Shown here: positions 16,431-25,413 of the stretch, one piece after another
Layout: each line of letters opens with the position of its first letter
How positions within the stretch are numbered: position 1 is the first letter of the stretch
Virus record (IMG/VR): IMGVR_UViG_3300033414_000001
Location: 1 to 64,000 of that record
Length of the DNA stretch: 64,000 nt
Strand: one strand, 5' to 3'
DNA from: a virus
Lineage: Duplodnaviria; Caudoviricetes
Position numbers and translations under genes: made by a program
The notes under the pieces: generated by a model
What the model saw: only the letters and a program-made list of their open reading frames with translations
Database searches by the model: none
Told to the model about the DNA's origin: nothing

Positions 16431-16501
16431 GGGGCTAGCACGGTTGCCGGGACGGACTTTAGACACTGACCCGGGCGGTTCAACTCCGTCTAGTTCCACC
16501 A
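16431..16501 (+). ncRNA. 71-nt tRNA-Ala/tmRNA-like mini RNA
   Basis: GGGGCTA/TAGTTCC acceptor with G3.U70, discriminator A, encoded CCA, T-arm GGCGG-TTCAACT-CCGTC; central part lacks canonical D and anticodon arms. Confidence 0.6.
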
Positions 16502-16717
16502 GATTCGAGCGCCCAAAAGAGGACACCCGATCGCGCAACGATTCGGATCCTCTCACAATCTCGTGCGCGCCGTCAAGGTACGCGTGGCTGGGACGCGCCT
16601 TGGTGAGGAGGGTTCAGTGCGGAGTTCCGACCGCATACTAAGACGCTAGGGGCGCGAGATCGCCCCGCGATCAACGGGCATCACGGGAGACCCCGTGATG
16701 CCCGAGTCTGCGCTGAC

Positions 16718-16751
16718 TATGCTTGACCGCTTAAGCATAAAGAGCGATACT
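16718..16751 (+). promoter_or_regulatory. Transposase promoter with overlapping palindrome
   Basis: TTGACC (16723-16728)-17 bp-GATACT (16746-16751); TATGCTT/AAGCATA inverted repeat. Confidence 0.7.
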
Positions 16752-16757
16752 CCTGCC

Positions 16758-16859
16758 ATGAACAAGCTGACGAACGAGAAGCGGGTTGCGGTGGTGAAGG
16801 CGCTGGTGGAGGGGATGAGCATCCGCGCCACCGTCCGCATGACCGGCGTGGCGAAGAAC
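16758..16859 (+). pseudogene. IS1-family transposase 5' stub fused in frame to phage sequence
   Basis: 34 codons of HTH N-terminus, then unrelated DGYDGRHP; no DDE domain. Confidence 0.75.
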
Positions 16860-16910
16860 GATGGGTATGACGGAAGACATCCTGACTGCGTTCCAGGGGT
16901 TCGCCCGGCC

Positions 16911-17261
16911 ATGACCGACGCGCAACTGGTCACAGTTCTCAGGCGGGGCGGGTTCGCGCCCCGGGGCGTGCGCGCTCTCATGGCCGCGAAGCGCGAGTTG
17001 GAGCAGGAGATAACGAGATGCGCTGGGCGCGCCCACAATCGGGGCGAGCTCAGAGGACTGCGCTGGAGCGGGAGAGAGCTTCGTTGCGCAGGAGAACTGC
17101 TCACCCGCTACGCCATCCAGTACTCGCTGACTCAACTGTCCCCGCCCGAAGAGTTGGCCAAGAGGCTTGATGCCGGCGGCCACGCTCGGGCGGCCATGGT
17201 GTTGCGCCGGCTCGGGGACGAAATGGGAGTCCCGGCTCTTCTGCTGGAGTCGACGAGATGA
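16911..17261 (+). CDS. Hypothetical protein
   Basis: ATG 16911; ATGA overlaps at both ends. Confidence 0.5.
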   Translation: MTDAQLVTVLRRGGFAPRGVRALMAAKRELEQEITRCAGRAHNRGELRGLRWSGRELRCAGELLTRYAIQYSLTQLSPPEELAKRLDAGGHARAAMVLRRLGDEMGVPALLLESTR

Positions 17262-17503
17262 CCGACGCGCTCCGCCGATACCTAGGCCAGGTCGCCCTGC
17301 TGGAGAACATCCGCCGGGCCCACTCGGGCGCAGAAAGCCCCGAGGAGGAGTCGCTGCTCGCCGAAATGGACGCCTCCTGGGATGAGCTGAACGCGACGGA
17401 TCGAGGCGAGCTGCGCCGGTTCCGCTCAGACGAACATCTCGGTATCGATACCGACGTGTTGGCGTTTCCCGGCATACCGCCCCGCTGTCCGCCGATCGGA
17501 TGA
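17258..17503 (+). CDS. Hypothetical protein
   Basis: 81-aa ORF coupled to the upstream gene. Confidence 0.5.
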   Translation: MTDALRRYLGQVALLENIRRAHSGAESPEEESLLAEMDASWDELNATDRGELRRFRSDEHLGIDTDVLAFPGIPPRCPPIG

Positions 17504-17576
17504 CGGAGCTCTTTCGCGGCTAGGTGGCGCGTGACCGCGGGCCGTGGCACAGTATCGCCGCGGAGGCGCACGACGC

Positions 17577-19238
17577 ATGAGTTCAGGGACGATCGTTGAG
17601 CCGCAGGCGGCCCGGCAGGCAGCGATGACGGCCAGCGGCAAGTTCATCGACGGCATCGCCCGTCTCGGCCTATCTCCGCGACAGCAAGCGCTGAACGAGT
17701 TGTGGTCGTGGTACCGATGCGTGCGCTACGACGCGCGAACAACCGACTGGGACGGGTCGAAGCATGTCGACGGCCTCGACGCGGAGGTCATTTCCCAGGC
17801 CGCGTTCATCCCCCCGGGCTTCTACGACGCGAGCGGCGGCCAGGTCCCGTTGAAGTTCCGGCGCCCCACCGCGCCGTACGCGCTGGGAAAGGTCATCCCG
17901 GATCGGTTCACTGGCTTGCTCTTCTCGGAGCGCCGCAGTCCGCGCATCAGCGTGGAGGGGGACGAGAAGACCCAGGACTACGTGAGCGCGATAGCCGAGG
18001 TCGGGCGTCTGTGGCCGACCATGATCCAGGCCCGAACCTACGGCGGCGCGACCGGGACCGTGGCGCTCGGGTTCTCGTTCCACAAGGGTCGGCCGGTCTT
18101 CGAGGTTCATGACGCGCGTTGGTGCGTCCCGGACTTCAAGGATCGCTCCCAGCTCGTTCTTCGCTCGATCGAGAAGCGGTATCAGTACCCGGTCGAGCAG
18201 CGCAACATGATCACCGGGCGGTGGGAGGAGATCCCGCACTGGTATCGTCGCGTCATCGACGAGCAGCGCGATACGCTGTATTCGCCAATTCCGGTGCCTG
18301 ACAACGGCGAAGAGCCGGACTGGGAGGTACAGGAGGAGGCGCAACACGGATACGGGTTCTGCCCCGTGGTGTGGATTCAGAACCTCCCGGTGCAGGATTC
18401 AATCGACGGGGATCCGGACTGTCACGGCATCTTCCCGATGATTGAGTCCATTGATGCGCTGATAGCGCAGGGTAACCGATCCACGATCTTCAACTGCGAC
18501 CCCACGCTAGTAGTCAACAGCGATGCTACAATGTCGGATGTTTCGAAGGGGTCCGGGCATGCTCTCAAGATCCCCGCCAACTCCGGCGCGAGGTACATGG
18601 AAATCTCCGGCACGGGGCCGAAGGCCGCCTTCGAGGCAGCCGACAAGCTCCGAGCCTACGCGCTGGAGGTGGCCCAATGCGTGCTCGACCATCCCGACTC
18701 CGTGCAGCGAACCGCGCAGGAGATCGAGCGCGTCTACTCCTCGATGCTCGCCAAGGCCGACATCCTCCGCGAGCAGTACGGTCAGAGAGGGGTGCTTCCG
18801 CTGCTCAACATGGTCGTGGAGGCAGTCCGAAAGCTCGGCACTCCCGTGGCGGCCGAGCCCCAGGGAGTTGTGGGCGCCGCGATCGTGCGTCGCGTCGTCG
18901 AGCTCCCGCCTCGCCTGATTCCGCAGGCGGACGGGGAGCCGCCGAAGCTCGTGCCCAGAGAGCTTGGGCCGCGCGGCAGTACGCTCCAGCTCCAATGGGG
19001 GCCATACTTCGCGCCGTCCATCACGGATACGTCCAACTCGGTCACTGCGGCAGCAAAAGCGAAAGAGGCGGGGCTCATCGACCGGGAGCACGCCAGCCAG
19101 TTCGTCGCCTCCGACTTCCGGGTGGAGGACGTGGGGCACATGCTCGCCAAGATCGAGCAGGAGAAGCAGGACGAGCAGGCTAGGATCGAGCAAAGCCTGA
19201 TGAGTGGCCTAGGCGGGCCGAGCGGGTTGGGCGCGTGA
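17577..19238 (+). CDS. Portal protein
   Basis: ~550 aa downstream of terL; PVVWIQNLP...DGDPD, helical C-terminus, position before head genes. Confidence 0.85.
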   Translation: MSSGTIVEPQAARQAAMTASGKFIDGIARLGLSPRQQALNELWSWYRCVRYDARTTDWDGSKHVDGLDAEVISQAAFIPPGFYDASGGQVPLKFRRPTAPYALGKVIPDRFTGLLFSERRSPRISVEGDEKTQDYVSAIAEVGRLWPTMIQARTYGGATGTVALGFSFHKGRPVFEVHDARWCVPDFKDRSQLVLRSIEKRYQYPVEQRNMITGRWEEIPHWYRRVIDEQRDTLYSPIPVPDNGEEPDWEVQEEAQHGYGFCPVVWIQNLPVQDSIDGDPDCHGIFPMIESIDALIAQGNRSTIFNCDPTLVVNSDATMSDVSKGSGHALKIPANSGARYMEISGTGPKAAFEAADKLRAYALEVAQCVLDHPDSVQRTAQEIERVYSSMLAKADILREQYGQRGVLPLLNMVVEAVRKLGTPVAAEPQGVVGAAIVRRVVELPPRLIPQADGEPPKLVPRELGPRGSTLQLQWGPYFAPSITDTSNSVTAAAKAKEAGLIDREHASQFVASDFRVEDVGHMLAKIEQEKQDEQARIEQSLMSGLGGPSGLGA

Positions 19239-19483
19239 GCCGAGCCTTTCCGGTCCCGTCAGTCGTCCGGTTCGTCATCGCCGCGCCGCCCATGTCGAGG
19301 GAATGGCTGCGCGAGAGCGAGGCATACGAGACGCACGGGTGGCTGACGCCGGTTCTGGTGGCGCGTTCGTATCACGCTGGCAGTTTGATGGTCTGGCGCG
19401 AAGAGCCGGCGGGGGAGATCTGGCTCCGCCCCGTCGATTCGTGGCGTCAGTTGGCCGGCGACGCTGGGGTCGCCGAGAGCTGA

Positions 19484-19705
19484 ATGCCGCGCTGGAGCAC
19501 CGCCGATGAGATCGAGGGCGCCTTCCCGTCCGTGACGCGAGATGTGCTCAATACCTGGAGGTCCGTGGGCATCGTTCACCCGCGACGCGAACCGGTGTAC
19601 GGTAACGGGCGACTGGTAGGCGCGCTGGAGACGTACGACGCGTCGGAGATTGAGCAAGCGCTCGCGCATGAGTCGGCGCTACTGCTGACGGGAGATGACG
19701 AATGA
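19484..19705 (+). CDS. Small HTH-like (MerR/excisionase-type) protein
   Basis: VTRDVLNTWRSVGIVHP; ATGA overlap downstream. Confidence 0.45.
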   Translation: MPRWSTADEIEGAFPSVTRDVLNTWRSVGIVHPRREPVYGNGRLVGALETYDASEIEQALAHESALLLTGDDE

Positions 19706-21063
19706 CATGGATCTCTGGGCGATGCTGGTTGGTGGTTTTCACCGCGGCATCGATCTGTCTGGCGGTCCCAATTGCCTGGGCGCAAACCGCAAAAGTGCGC
19801 GCCTGCGACGCGACCGGGGCCAAGTGCGCGCTCGTACTGTCCAGAGATCCGGCCGCGGGAGAAAACGGGATCCTCGTTCGGCCGATCTCGCCCTACGATC
19901 AACTGTCGGCGGTAGGCAGACCGGTGACGGCAGAAGCGGAGCCGGTGGCGGCGCTCAGCTTCAACTACTCCATCAACCCGGCGCACGTTTCGTCGCTGAT
20001 CGTCGACACCGGAGCAGTGACGCAGGCTTCGTCCATGGCGGTGCTGCAAACCGGCACCGGCGCGACCGGGTCTGCGCGTATTCGCTCGACGTCGGCCGCC
20101 CGCTACGTAGCGGGCACCGGAGTATACGCGAGCTTCAGCGCGCTTTTCACGGCAGGTGTCGCAAACAGCCGTCAGGAAATAGGGCTTGGCGACGAATCGG
20201 ATGGGGTATTCTTTGGCTATCAGGGCGCCACGTTCGGCGTGTTCTTGCGGTCCGGCGGGTCGGACACGTTCGTCGCTCAGTCGGCCTGGAATGGAGCCGA
20301 CAAATTCGACGGAACCGGTCCCAGTGCGACAACGTTAGACAAAACCAAACTCAATCTATTCAAGGTCCAGTTCTCGTGGCACGGCGCAGGCACGATCCGT
20401 TACTACATATCGGACCCAACGACCGGGCGATTCGCGCTGGTGCACCAGATCGTATATGAGAACACTGCCACCGTCCCGTCGTTCATGAATCCGACCCTGC
20501 CGCTGCACGCCAAGGTCGTGAACACCGGCAACGCAAGCAATGTGACGCTCAAAACGGCATCAATGGGCGCCTACGTGGAGGGGAACTCCGCGACCGGTCC
20601 AATCTTGATAGGGTGGCCTGGCGCGGACTATGGCATAACGACAGCGACCGGGACCGAAGCTGCGATCCTGACACTGAAAAACAAACCATCCAATGTTTTT
20701 GGTGGCATCAACGTCAATCGAGTTCGAACGAAAATACTCCGCATTGGAATCGCGAACCCGAGTGGTGCAAAGGATATGCGATTCCTGGTGAAGCTCAATG
20801 CCACGCTGGGCGGGACGCCGAATTACGTCGACTCGGACACGACAACCAGCGTGATAGCCGTGGACAAATCAGGGACCACCGTCAGCGGGGGGCGTCTGCT
20901 TGGGGCGGTTCGTTTGGCGTCTGGAGCATCGGAGAATATCGACATGACGCCATACAACTTCACGCTCAACCCTGGCGACACCGCCACGTTCTCGGCGCAA
21001 AACGCAACAGACAACACGCCCCTCGACGCGGAACTGTCCGTATCGTGGCTGGAGATGTTCTAG
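19702..21063 (+). CDS. Beta-rich putative virion protein
   Basis: 453 aa Ala/Thr/Gly/Ser-rich; RYVAGTG...DGVFFGYQG...QFSWHGAG. Confidence 0.7.
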   Translation: MTWISGRCWLVVFTAASICLAVPIAWAQTAKVRACDATGAKCALVLSRDPAAGENGILVRPISPYDQLSAVGRPVTAEAEPVAALSFNYSINPAHVSSLIVDTGAVTQASSMAVLQTGTGATGSARIRSTSAARYVAGTGVYASFSALFTAGVANSRQEIGLGDESDGVFFGYQGATFGVFLRSGGSDTFVAQSAWNGADKFDGTGPSATTLDKTKLNLFKVQFSWHGAGTIRYYISDPTTGRFALVHQIVYENTATVPSFMNPTLPLHAKVVNTGNASNVTLKTASMGAYVEGNSATGPILIGWPGADYGITTATGTEAAILTLKNKPSNVFGGINVNRVRTKILRIGIANPSGAKDMRFLVKLNATLGGTPNYVDSDTTTSVIAVDKSGTTVSGGRLLGAVRLASGASENIDMTPYNFTLNPGDTATFSAQNATDNTPLDAELSVSWLEMF

Positions 21064-21082
21064 GTTCGCGAATGGTAGTAGA

Positions 21083-21940
21083 TTGCTGATGCCGAGAGAT
21101 CAGGCAACACTGGGGGACCAGATGTGTACTCAGGCAATGCTTCGTTGTTTCCGGACCGTCGCTCTCTTTGCTGGGCCGCTCATGGCGTTCCCGGCTGCGG
21201 CGCAGCTCTCCAAGGTGCGCGTGTGCGATTCCTCCGGCGCCAACTGCGCTCTGGTGGACGCCGGCGGGACTCTCAAGGCGGGCGGAGCCGTCACAGGCAC
21301 CGTTACAGCAAACCAGGGGACCGCCGGCGCAGGCGCATGGCCGGTCGATGCGAGCGGTGCGACCGTGCCCGTGTCGCTTGATCGGGTGGGCGGCACTGCG
21401 GTGCTTACTGGAGGCGTCGCCGGAGCCGTGGGTATCGGCGGTCTCGCGGCGGATGGCGCCGCAGTGACAGGGAATCCGGTGCTGATCGGCGGAACCGCCA
21501 TCGCCGATGGAGCGGTGACCGCCACCACGGCGGGCAATGTATATAGACTGCCAGAGGACACCCAGCGACGGCTCCTCGTGCGTGATTATCACCCGAATTT
21601 CGCGAGTTGGAGTACCGGCGCCGCGGCCGTGACCGCGAACACTCAAATCGCCGGTCTGTCTGGGGCGGGATTGTCCTACTACATCACCGATCTGATGATC
21701 TCCAACGTCGGGGCTAGCGGATCGGCGACGACCGCCGCAATCGTGTCCAGTACGACAGCGGGGAATGCGTGCGCGACGGCGCCGGCAAGCGTGCTCCCCC
21801 CGGTCGCATTCCCACTCAACGGAACCGTCATGGCCGCGCTCAAGACGCCGATCAAGGTCGCATCGAATAGCGCTCTCTGCTGCGTGATCGACGCCGCCGC
21901 CACGTTCACATGTCAACTGTCCGGCTTCGTTGCGCCGTAG
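21083..21940 (+). CDS. Putative virion decoration/fibre protein
   Basis: Small-residue-rich; DGAAVTGNPVLIGG, YYITDLMISN. Confidence 0.65.
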   Translation: MLMPRDQATLGDQMCTQAMLRCFRTVALFAGPLMAFPAAAQLSKVRVCDSSGANCALVDAGGTLKAGGAVTGTVTANQGTAGAGAWPVDASGATVPVSLDRVGGTAVLTGGVAGAVGIGGLAADGAAVTGNPVLIGGTAIADGAVTATTAGNVYRLPEDTQRRLLVRDYHPNFASWSTGAAAVTANTQIAGLSGAGLSYYITDLMISNVGASGSATTAAIVSSTTAGNACATAPASVLPPVAFPLNGTVMAALKTPIKVASNSALCCVIDAAATFTCQLSGFVAP

Positions 21941-21949
21941 AGGAACCGC

Positions 21950-22300
21950 ATGGCCGACTATCTGAGCACCGGCATCCTTGTCGATTACGCCGCCACGCCC
22001 ACCCCGGCTGGGGTGAAGACGCTTGTCCTGCCTCTGGCCCTTGACCCCGTAACTACCAGGGTCGTCAAGGTGATCCTGGAAAACCAGGACGCGGCGAACG
22101 GCGCCATCCTGACGGTGGCGCCAACCGAAGGGGGCCTGGAGAACAAGGATGAGACGCTGTCCGCCACGGTGGGGCCGCTGAGCGAGGGCTCGGTGATCTT
22201 CTCGGAGCCGCTGCCCCCGAGACTGAATGTCTACACGACCGCGGCGGCGGGCGCCCCGCCCGTACGCATCAGGGTCAGGGGCGTAAGAAGGACCGTGTAG
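21950..22300 (+). CDS. Small beta-sandwich-like hypothetical protein
   Basis: GAGG RBS, 116 aa. Confidence 0.6.
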   Translation: MADYLSTGILVDYAATPTPAGVKTLVLPLALDPVTTRVVKVILENQDAANGAILTVAPTEGGLENKDETLSATVGPLSEGSVIFSEPLPPRLNVYTTAAAGAPPVRIRVRGVRRTV

Positions 22301-22304
22301 GTCT

Positions 22305-22784
22305 ATGGTGTTCGCCGTGGACTTCGACGGAACGGTGGTCTCGGATGCTCGCCCCTATGCGGACACCGAGACGCCTCTCGTCTTCATCCCTGGAGCCCGA
22401 GAAGCACTGCTCGCGCTCAGGAGGGCGGGCCACACCCTGCTGCTGTGGTCGGCTCGAAGCAGCCCGGCGCTCATCGACGATCCGGCCCTGAATCCGCTCG
22501 TGCGCGTCGGCGCAGTTCCGGAGAGTCGAGCTCGGTGGGAGGCGATGCGTCATGTTCACTTGGCGCGGTTGGCGCAGATGCTTGCGTTCGTAGAGCGAGA
22601 GCTGCCCGAGGTGTTCGACGCGATCGACGATGGCCGAGGCGGCAAGCCGGTCGGTGTGGACTTCTTCCTCGATGACAAGGCGCTGCGACTGGGGCGAGGC
22701 ACAGGCGGTTTCGGGTGGGGAGAGATCGCGGAGATGTACGGCGAGCCGGATCACGGGAAACCGGTCGGGAGACTGTCGGCATGA
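22305..22784 (+). CDS. HAD-superfamily phosphatase-like protein
   Basis: FAVDFDGTVV motif I, LLWSAR motif II, KP...FFLDDKA motifs III/IV. Confidence 0.8.
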   Translation: MVFAVDFDGTVVSDARPYADTETPLVFIPGAREALLALRRAGHTLLLWSARSSPALIDDPALNPLVRVGAVPESRARWEAMRHVHLARLAQMLAFVERELPEVFDAIDDGRGGKPVGVDFFLDDKALRLGRGTGGFGWGEIAEMYGEPDHGKPVGRLSA

Positions 22785-23167
22785 GCACCATCCATCGAAA
22801 GAAATTCGCAGACGGGCGAGAGTCACCGCAGGAAATGCATCAGCGTGTGGCTTGGCACGGGAAGCGGTGCCTCGGTTGCGGGGGTCCGCCAGCCATCCAG
22901 ATCCGCGTGCTCGCTCCGATCGCCGAGTTGACAAGGCTGGCGCCGGGCGTCATGGCGGCGATCGCCGCCAGCAATTCGGATCACCCCGGCGCGGTCCCGT
23001 CCGTCCCAACCAAGTACGGTGCGATGATGGTGACGAGCGAGACCTGCTACTGTCGGCTCTGCGCCTCGGCGGCGGAGAGAGCGGCGGCGCGCGGGCCGAG
23101 CTGGACGATCGTGGAGATCGATCGAGGTCCTGACCCAAAGCAGCGGGTAACGGTGGGCATGACTTAA
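22781..23167 (+). CDS. Zn-binding hypothetical protein
   Basis: CLGC...CYCRLC; ATGA overlap. Confidence 0.6.
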   Translation: MSTIHRKKFADGRESPQEMHQRVAWHGKRCLGCGGPPAIQIRVLAPIAELTRLAPGVMAAIAASNSDHPGAVPSVPTKYGAMMVTSETCYCRLCASAAERAAARGPSWTIVEIDRGPDPKQRVTVGMT

Positions 23168-23182
23168 CGGAAGGAGCACCCC

Positions 23183-24940
23183 ATGGCGCGCACTCGCGTC
23201 ACCAATTGGTCCGCGTCGCCGGTCACGATCCCGGGGTACGGACTCTATCTGCCCCCCGGGTCCGCCGTGGTGCTGGACGGGGATGTCGCGACCGTTCGCT
23301 CGGCCATGGGGGGAGGGACGCTTGCCGGGCTCCGAGTCGAGTCGTCCTATAGCTCCGACGCCCCGACTCCGTTCCTGGCCCCTCAGGACTCCAGTCCTGC
23401 CGCCAAGACGACGGGGGCGCTGCGCATCATTTTCGTGAACCCCTCCAGCGGGTCCGACTCCAGCGATGGCTCTGAAAACTTCCCCCTTCTTCGGCTGTCG
23501 GAGGCCTTGCGGAGGATCCCGAGCAACGTTGGGCTTGATCGGTACGTGGTGTGCGTGATTGGCGCGTTCACGCCGTCGGCCGGCGTTGGCCTGGTCCCGC
23601 CCATCGTAACGCTTCCGGCGGCGCTACCGGAGTTCTCGGGGGCTCAGGAGTCTACCCCGAAATGGAGCGACGTGGCTGCGGCGTTGGGTGTGCCCATGTA
23701 CAGTGATGACGTTCTCGGTCCGCTGCCGCCGGTCGTCATTGCTGCGCGACCGCGCGTAATCGCAAGCGTGAATAGCGCGCTCGGGGCGTGGGCGGCGGGG
23801 ACGGTCAAATTCCACGCCGCGTACAGCAACGACGTGGCGGAACTCGCCCCCGATCAGTGGAGACAGATGGGGGTGTGCAAGCTGCAAACCTTCACGGCTT
23901 CGGTCGCGGCGGTCGCGGCCCCCCTCTACCCGATCCTGAACGATCGCCCCGAGCTCATCGACACGGCCGTGATGATCGCGGGGCGCACGACCCCGAATGC
24001 GATCGGGGCTGTCTTCGGCGCGCACAAGACAGACGCGGGGGCGACGTGGAAGCTCCATGCCTGCGTCGCGTCCGCAGTGACGATGCTTGGAGACGTCAGC
24101 GGCGGGGAAGTGCTACAGGCGCCCGTGGGTGCAGCGGAGATCTTTGACGTGTTGGAGCCCGGCGCCGTTCTGACCTCTGCCGCCAGCGCGTCTATCCCGT
24201 CCGGATACGGGTTCTACGGTATCTACTTCACGCCAGACACGATTCCTCCCACGCAGAGAGGGAACGGGGACTTCGTCCTTTGCTACGTGAATCGCATGGA
24301 CGTACGAGACGGCGGCATTGCGCGCTTCTTCGGCAGCGTCGTCGGCAGCCTGTTTGCGTCGAAGGGGACACTCTGGTGCGTGTCGTCCTGGGTGCACGAC
24401 ATCTCCGGCGACTCGGGCGGAAACTTCCGCTTCAAGGTTGCTGAGGGGTCGAGCGTCAACATGACGACGTGCTTCGTCGACTTTGACTTCTACACGTCGA
24501 ACGAGGAATCCTCCTCGTCGCCGATTGACGCAAAGCAGTGCAGTTTGGGCACGGCCTGGCTCGTCGGAATCGCTACGCCCGGCAGGATCACGCTCAATCG
24601 ATGCGACGTGAACGATGTCTGGTCGTTCACGCCGGGCTCAGTCATCTCGCTTCTGGGGTGCGGCACGCATTCGTTCGTGGCCATTCGGAACGGGGTGTCG
24701 GTCCACATTCTCCACGACCCAGTCATCGGAGAGCTGCCGAGCGAGGTGCGGATCAACGGCACCTACGCGCTCGGCGCCGCCGACGCAGTGAAGGTGTTCA
24801 CTCGCGCACAACTCATCACCGCGCTCGGGCTCGGCGCCTCGGCGAACTACGCCAACGACAACGGCGTGGTGGTAAGCGTTTACGAAGTCGGCAACGAGAG
24901 TACGCTCGCCACGGTGGGCGAACGCACCAACATTGTGTAG
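23183..24940 (+). CDS. Putative virion protein with beta-helix-like C-terminus
   Basis: 585 aa; IFVNPSSGSDSSDGS..P motif typical of pectate-lyase-like phage proteins. Confidence 0.65.
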   Translation: MARTRVTNWSASPVTIPGYGLYLPPGSAVVLDGDVATVRSAMGGGTLAGLRVESSYSSDAPTPFLAPQDSSPAAKTTGALRIIFVNPSSGSDSSDGSENFPLLRLSEALRRIPSNVGLDRYVVCVIGAFTPSAGVGLVPPIVTLPAALPEFSGAQESTPKWSDVAAALGVPMYSDDVLGPLPPVVIAARPRVIASVNSALGAWAAGTVKFHAAYSNDVAELAPDQWRQMGVCKLQTFTASVAAVAAPLYPILNDRPELIDTAVMIAGRTTPNAIGAVFGAHKTDAGATWKLHACVASAVTMLGDVSGGEVLQAPVGAAEIFDVLEPGAVLTSAASASIPSGYGFYGIYFTPDTIPPTQRGNGDFVLCYVNRMDVRDGGIARFFGSVVGSLFASKGTLWCVSSWVHDISGDSGGNFRFKVAEGSSVNMTTCFVDFDFYTSNEESSSSPIDAKQCSLGTAWLVGIATPGRITLNRCDVNDVWSFTPGSVISLLGCGTHSFVAIRNGVSVHILHDPVIGELPSEVRINGTYALGAADAVKVFTRAQLITALGLGASANYANDNGVVVSVYEVGNESTLATVGERTNIV

Positions 24941-24956
24941 GCAAGGGGAGGATCTC

Positions 24957-25409
24957 GTGGGAGAGGCCGCCGCTAGATACATCAAGGCTCGCAATCGAGC
25001 GGGCAAAGCGGAGCAGCGCAAAAAGCGCTCCCCGGAGGACCGGCGCGCACTGGAGACGATGCGTCGCGAGGCGGATAAGCGTGGCGCAGAGCTGGAGAAT
25101 GACGGCGAAGGTGGCCTCCCGGCGACGCTCGTCCTGGACGTGATGCGTCGGGACAAGTACACGTGCAAGCGATGCAACGGGAAGCGCGAGAAGCCGATCA
25201 CCGTCCACCACAAGGGCGGCATCGTCGAATCGGAATGGCTCGACAAGAAGGGCCACAAGAGCGTGGCCAACAATCTCGTAGTGCTATGCACCGATTGCCA
25301 CGACGACGTGCACAGTGAGGCGCGCGAGGAAGGCGTCGACTCCAGCCAGAGGACGCCGAGCGCCGACAAGGGCGATCCGAAGCATGACCCGGACGCACGA
25401 AAGGAATGA
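24957..25409 (+). CDS. HNH endonuclease
   Basis: YTCKRC...ITVHHK...NNLVVLCTDCHDDVH. Confidence 0.85.
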   Translation: MGEAAARYIKARNRAGKAEQRKKRSPEDRRALETMRREADKRGAELENDGEGGLPATLVLDVMRRDKYTCKRCNGKREKPITVHHKGGIVESEWLDKKGHKSVANNLVVLCTDCHDDVHSEAREEGVDSSQRTPSADKGDPKHDPDARKE

Positions 25410-25413
25410 GATC

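Larger units (their letters stand above)
15536..16859 (+). mobile_element. IS1-family-like element remnant (left end, passenger genes, 5' transposase stub)
   Basis: GGTAGTGGGTCAGTTTGAAAAT end at 15536; accessory KNPAAVALG protein; transposase start MNKLTNEKRVAVVKALVEGMSIRATVRMTGVAKN. Confidence 0.75.
15380..16914 (+). pseudogene. TNSSSS-motif phage gene interrupted by the IS remnant (15380-15535 + 16864-16914)
   Basis: MRIHNVRLGLATNSSSSHS; joining across GATGGGTA at 15532 and 16860 gives a 68-aa frame ending in an ATGA overlap with the next gene. Confidence 0.55.

Noticed and set aside
16452-16468. CT-TTA-GA loop suggesting an ochre-suppressor anticodon in the mini tRNA
   Set aside because: The five flanking pairs needed for an anticodon stem mostly mismatch, so it cannot be called a suppressor tRNA
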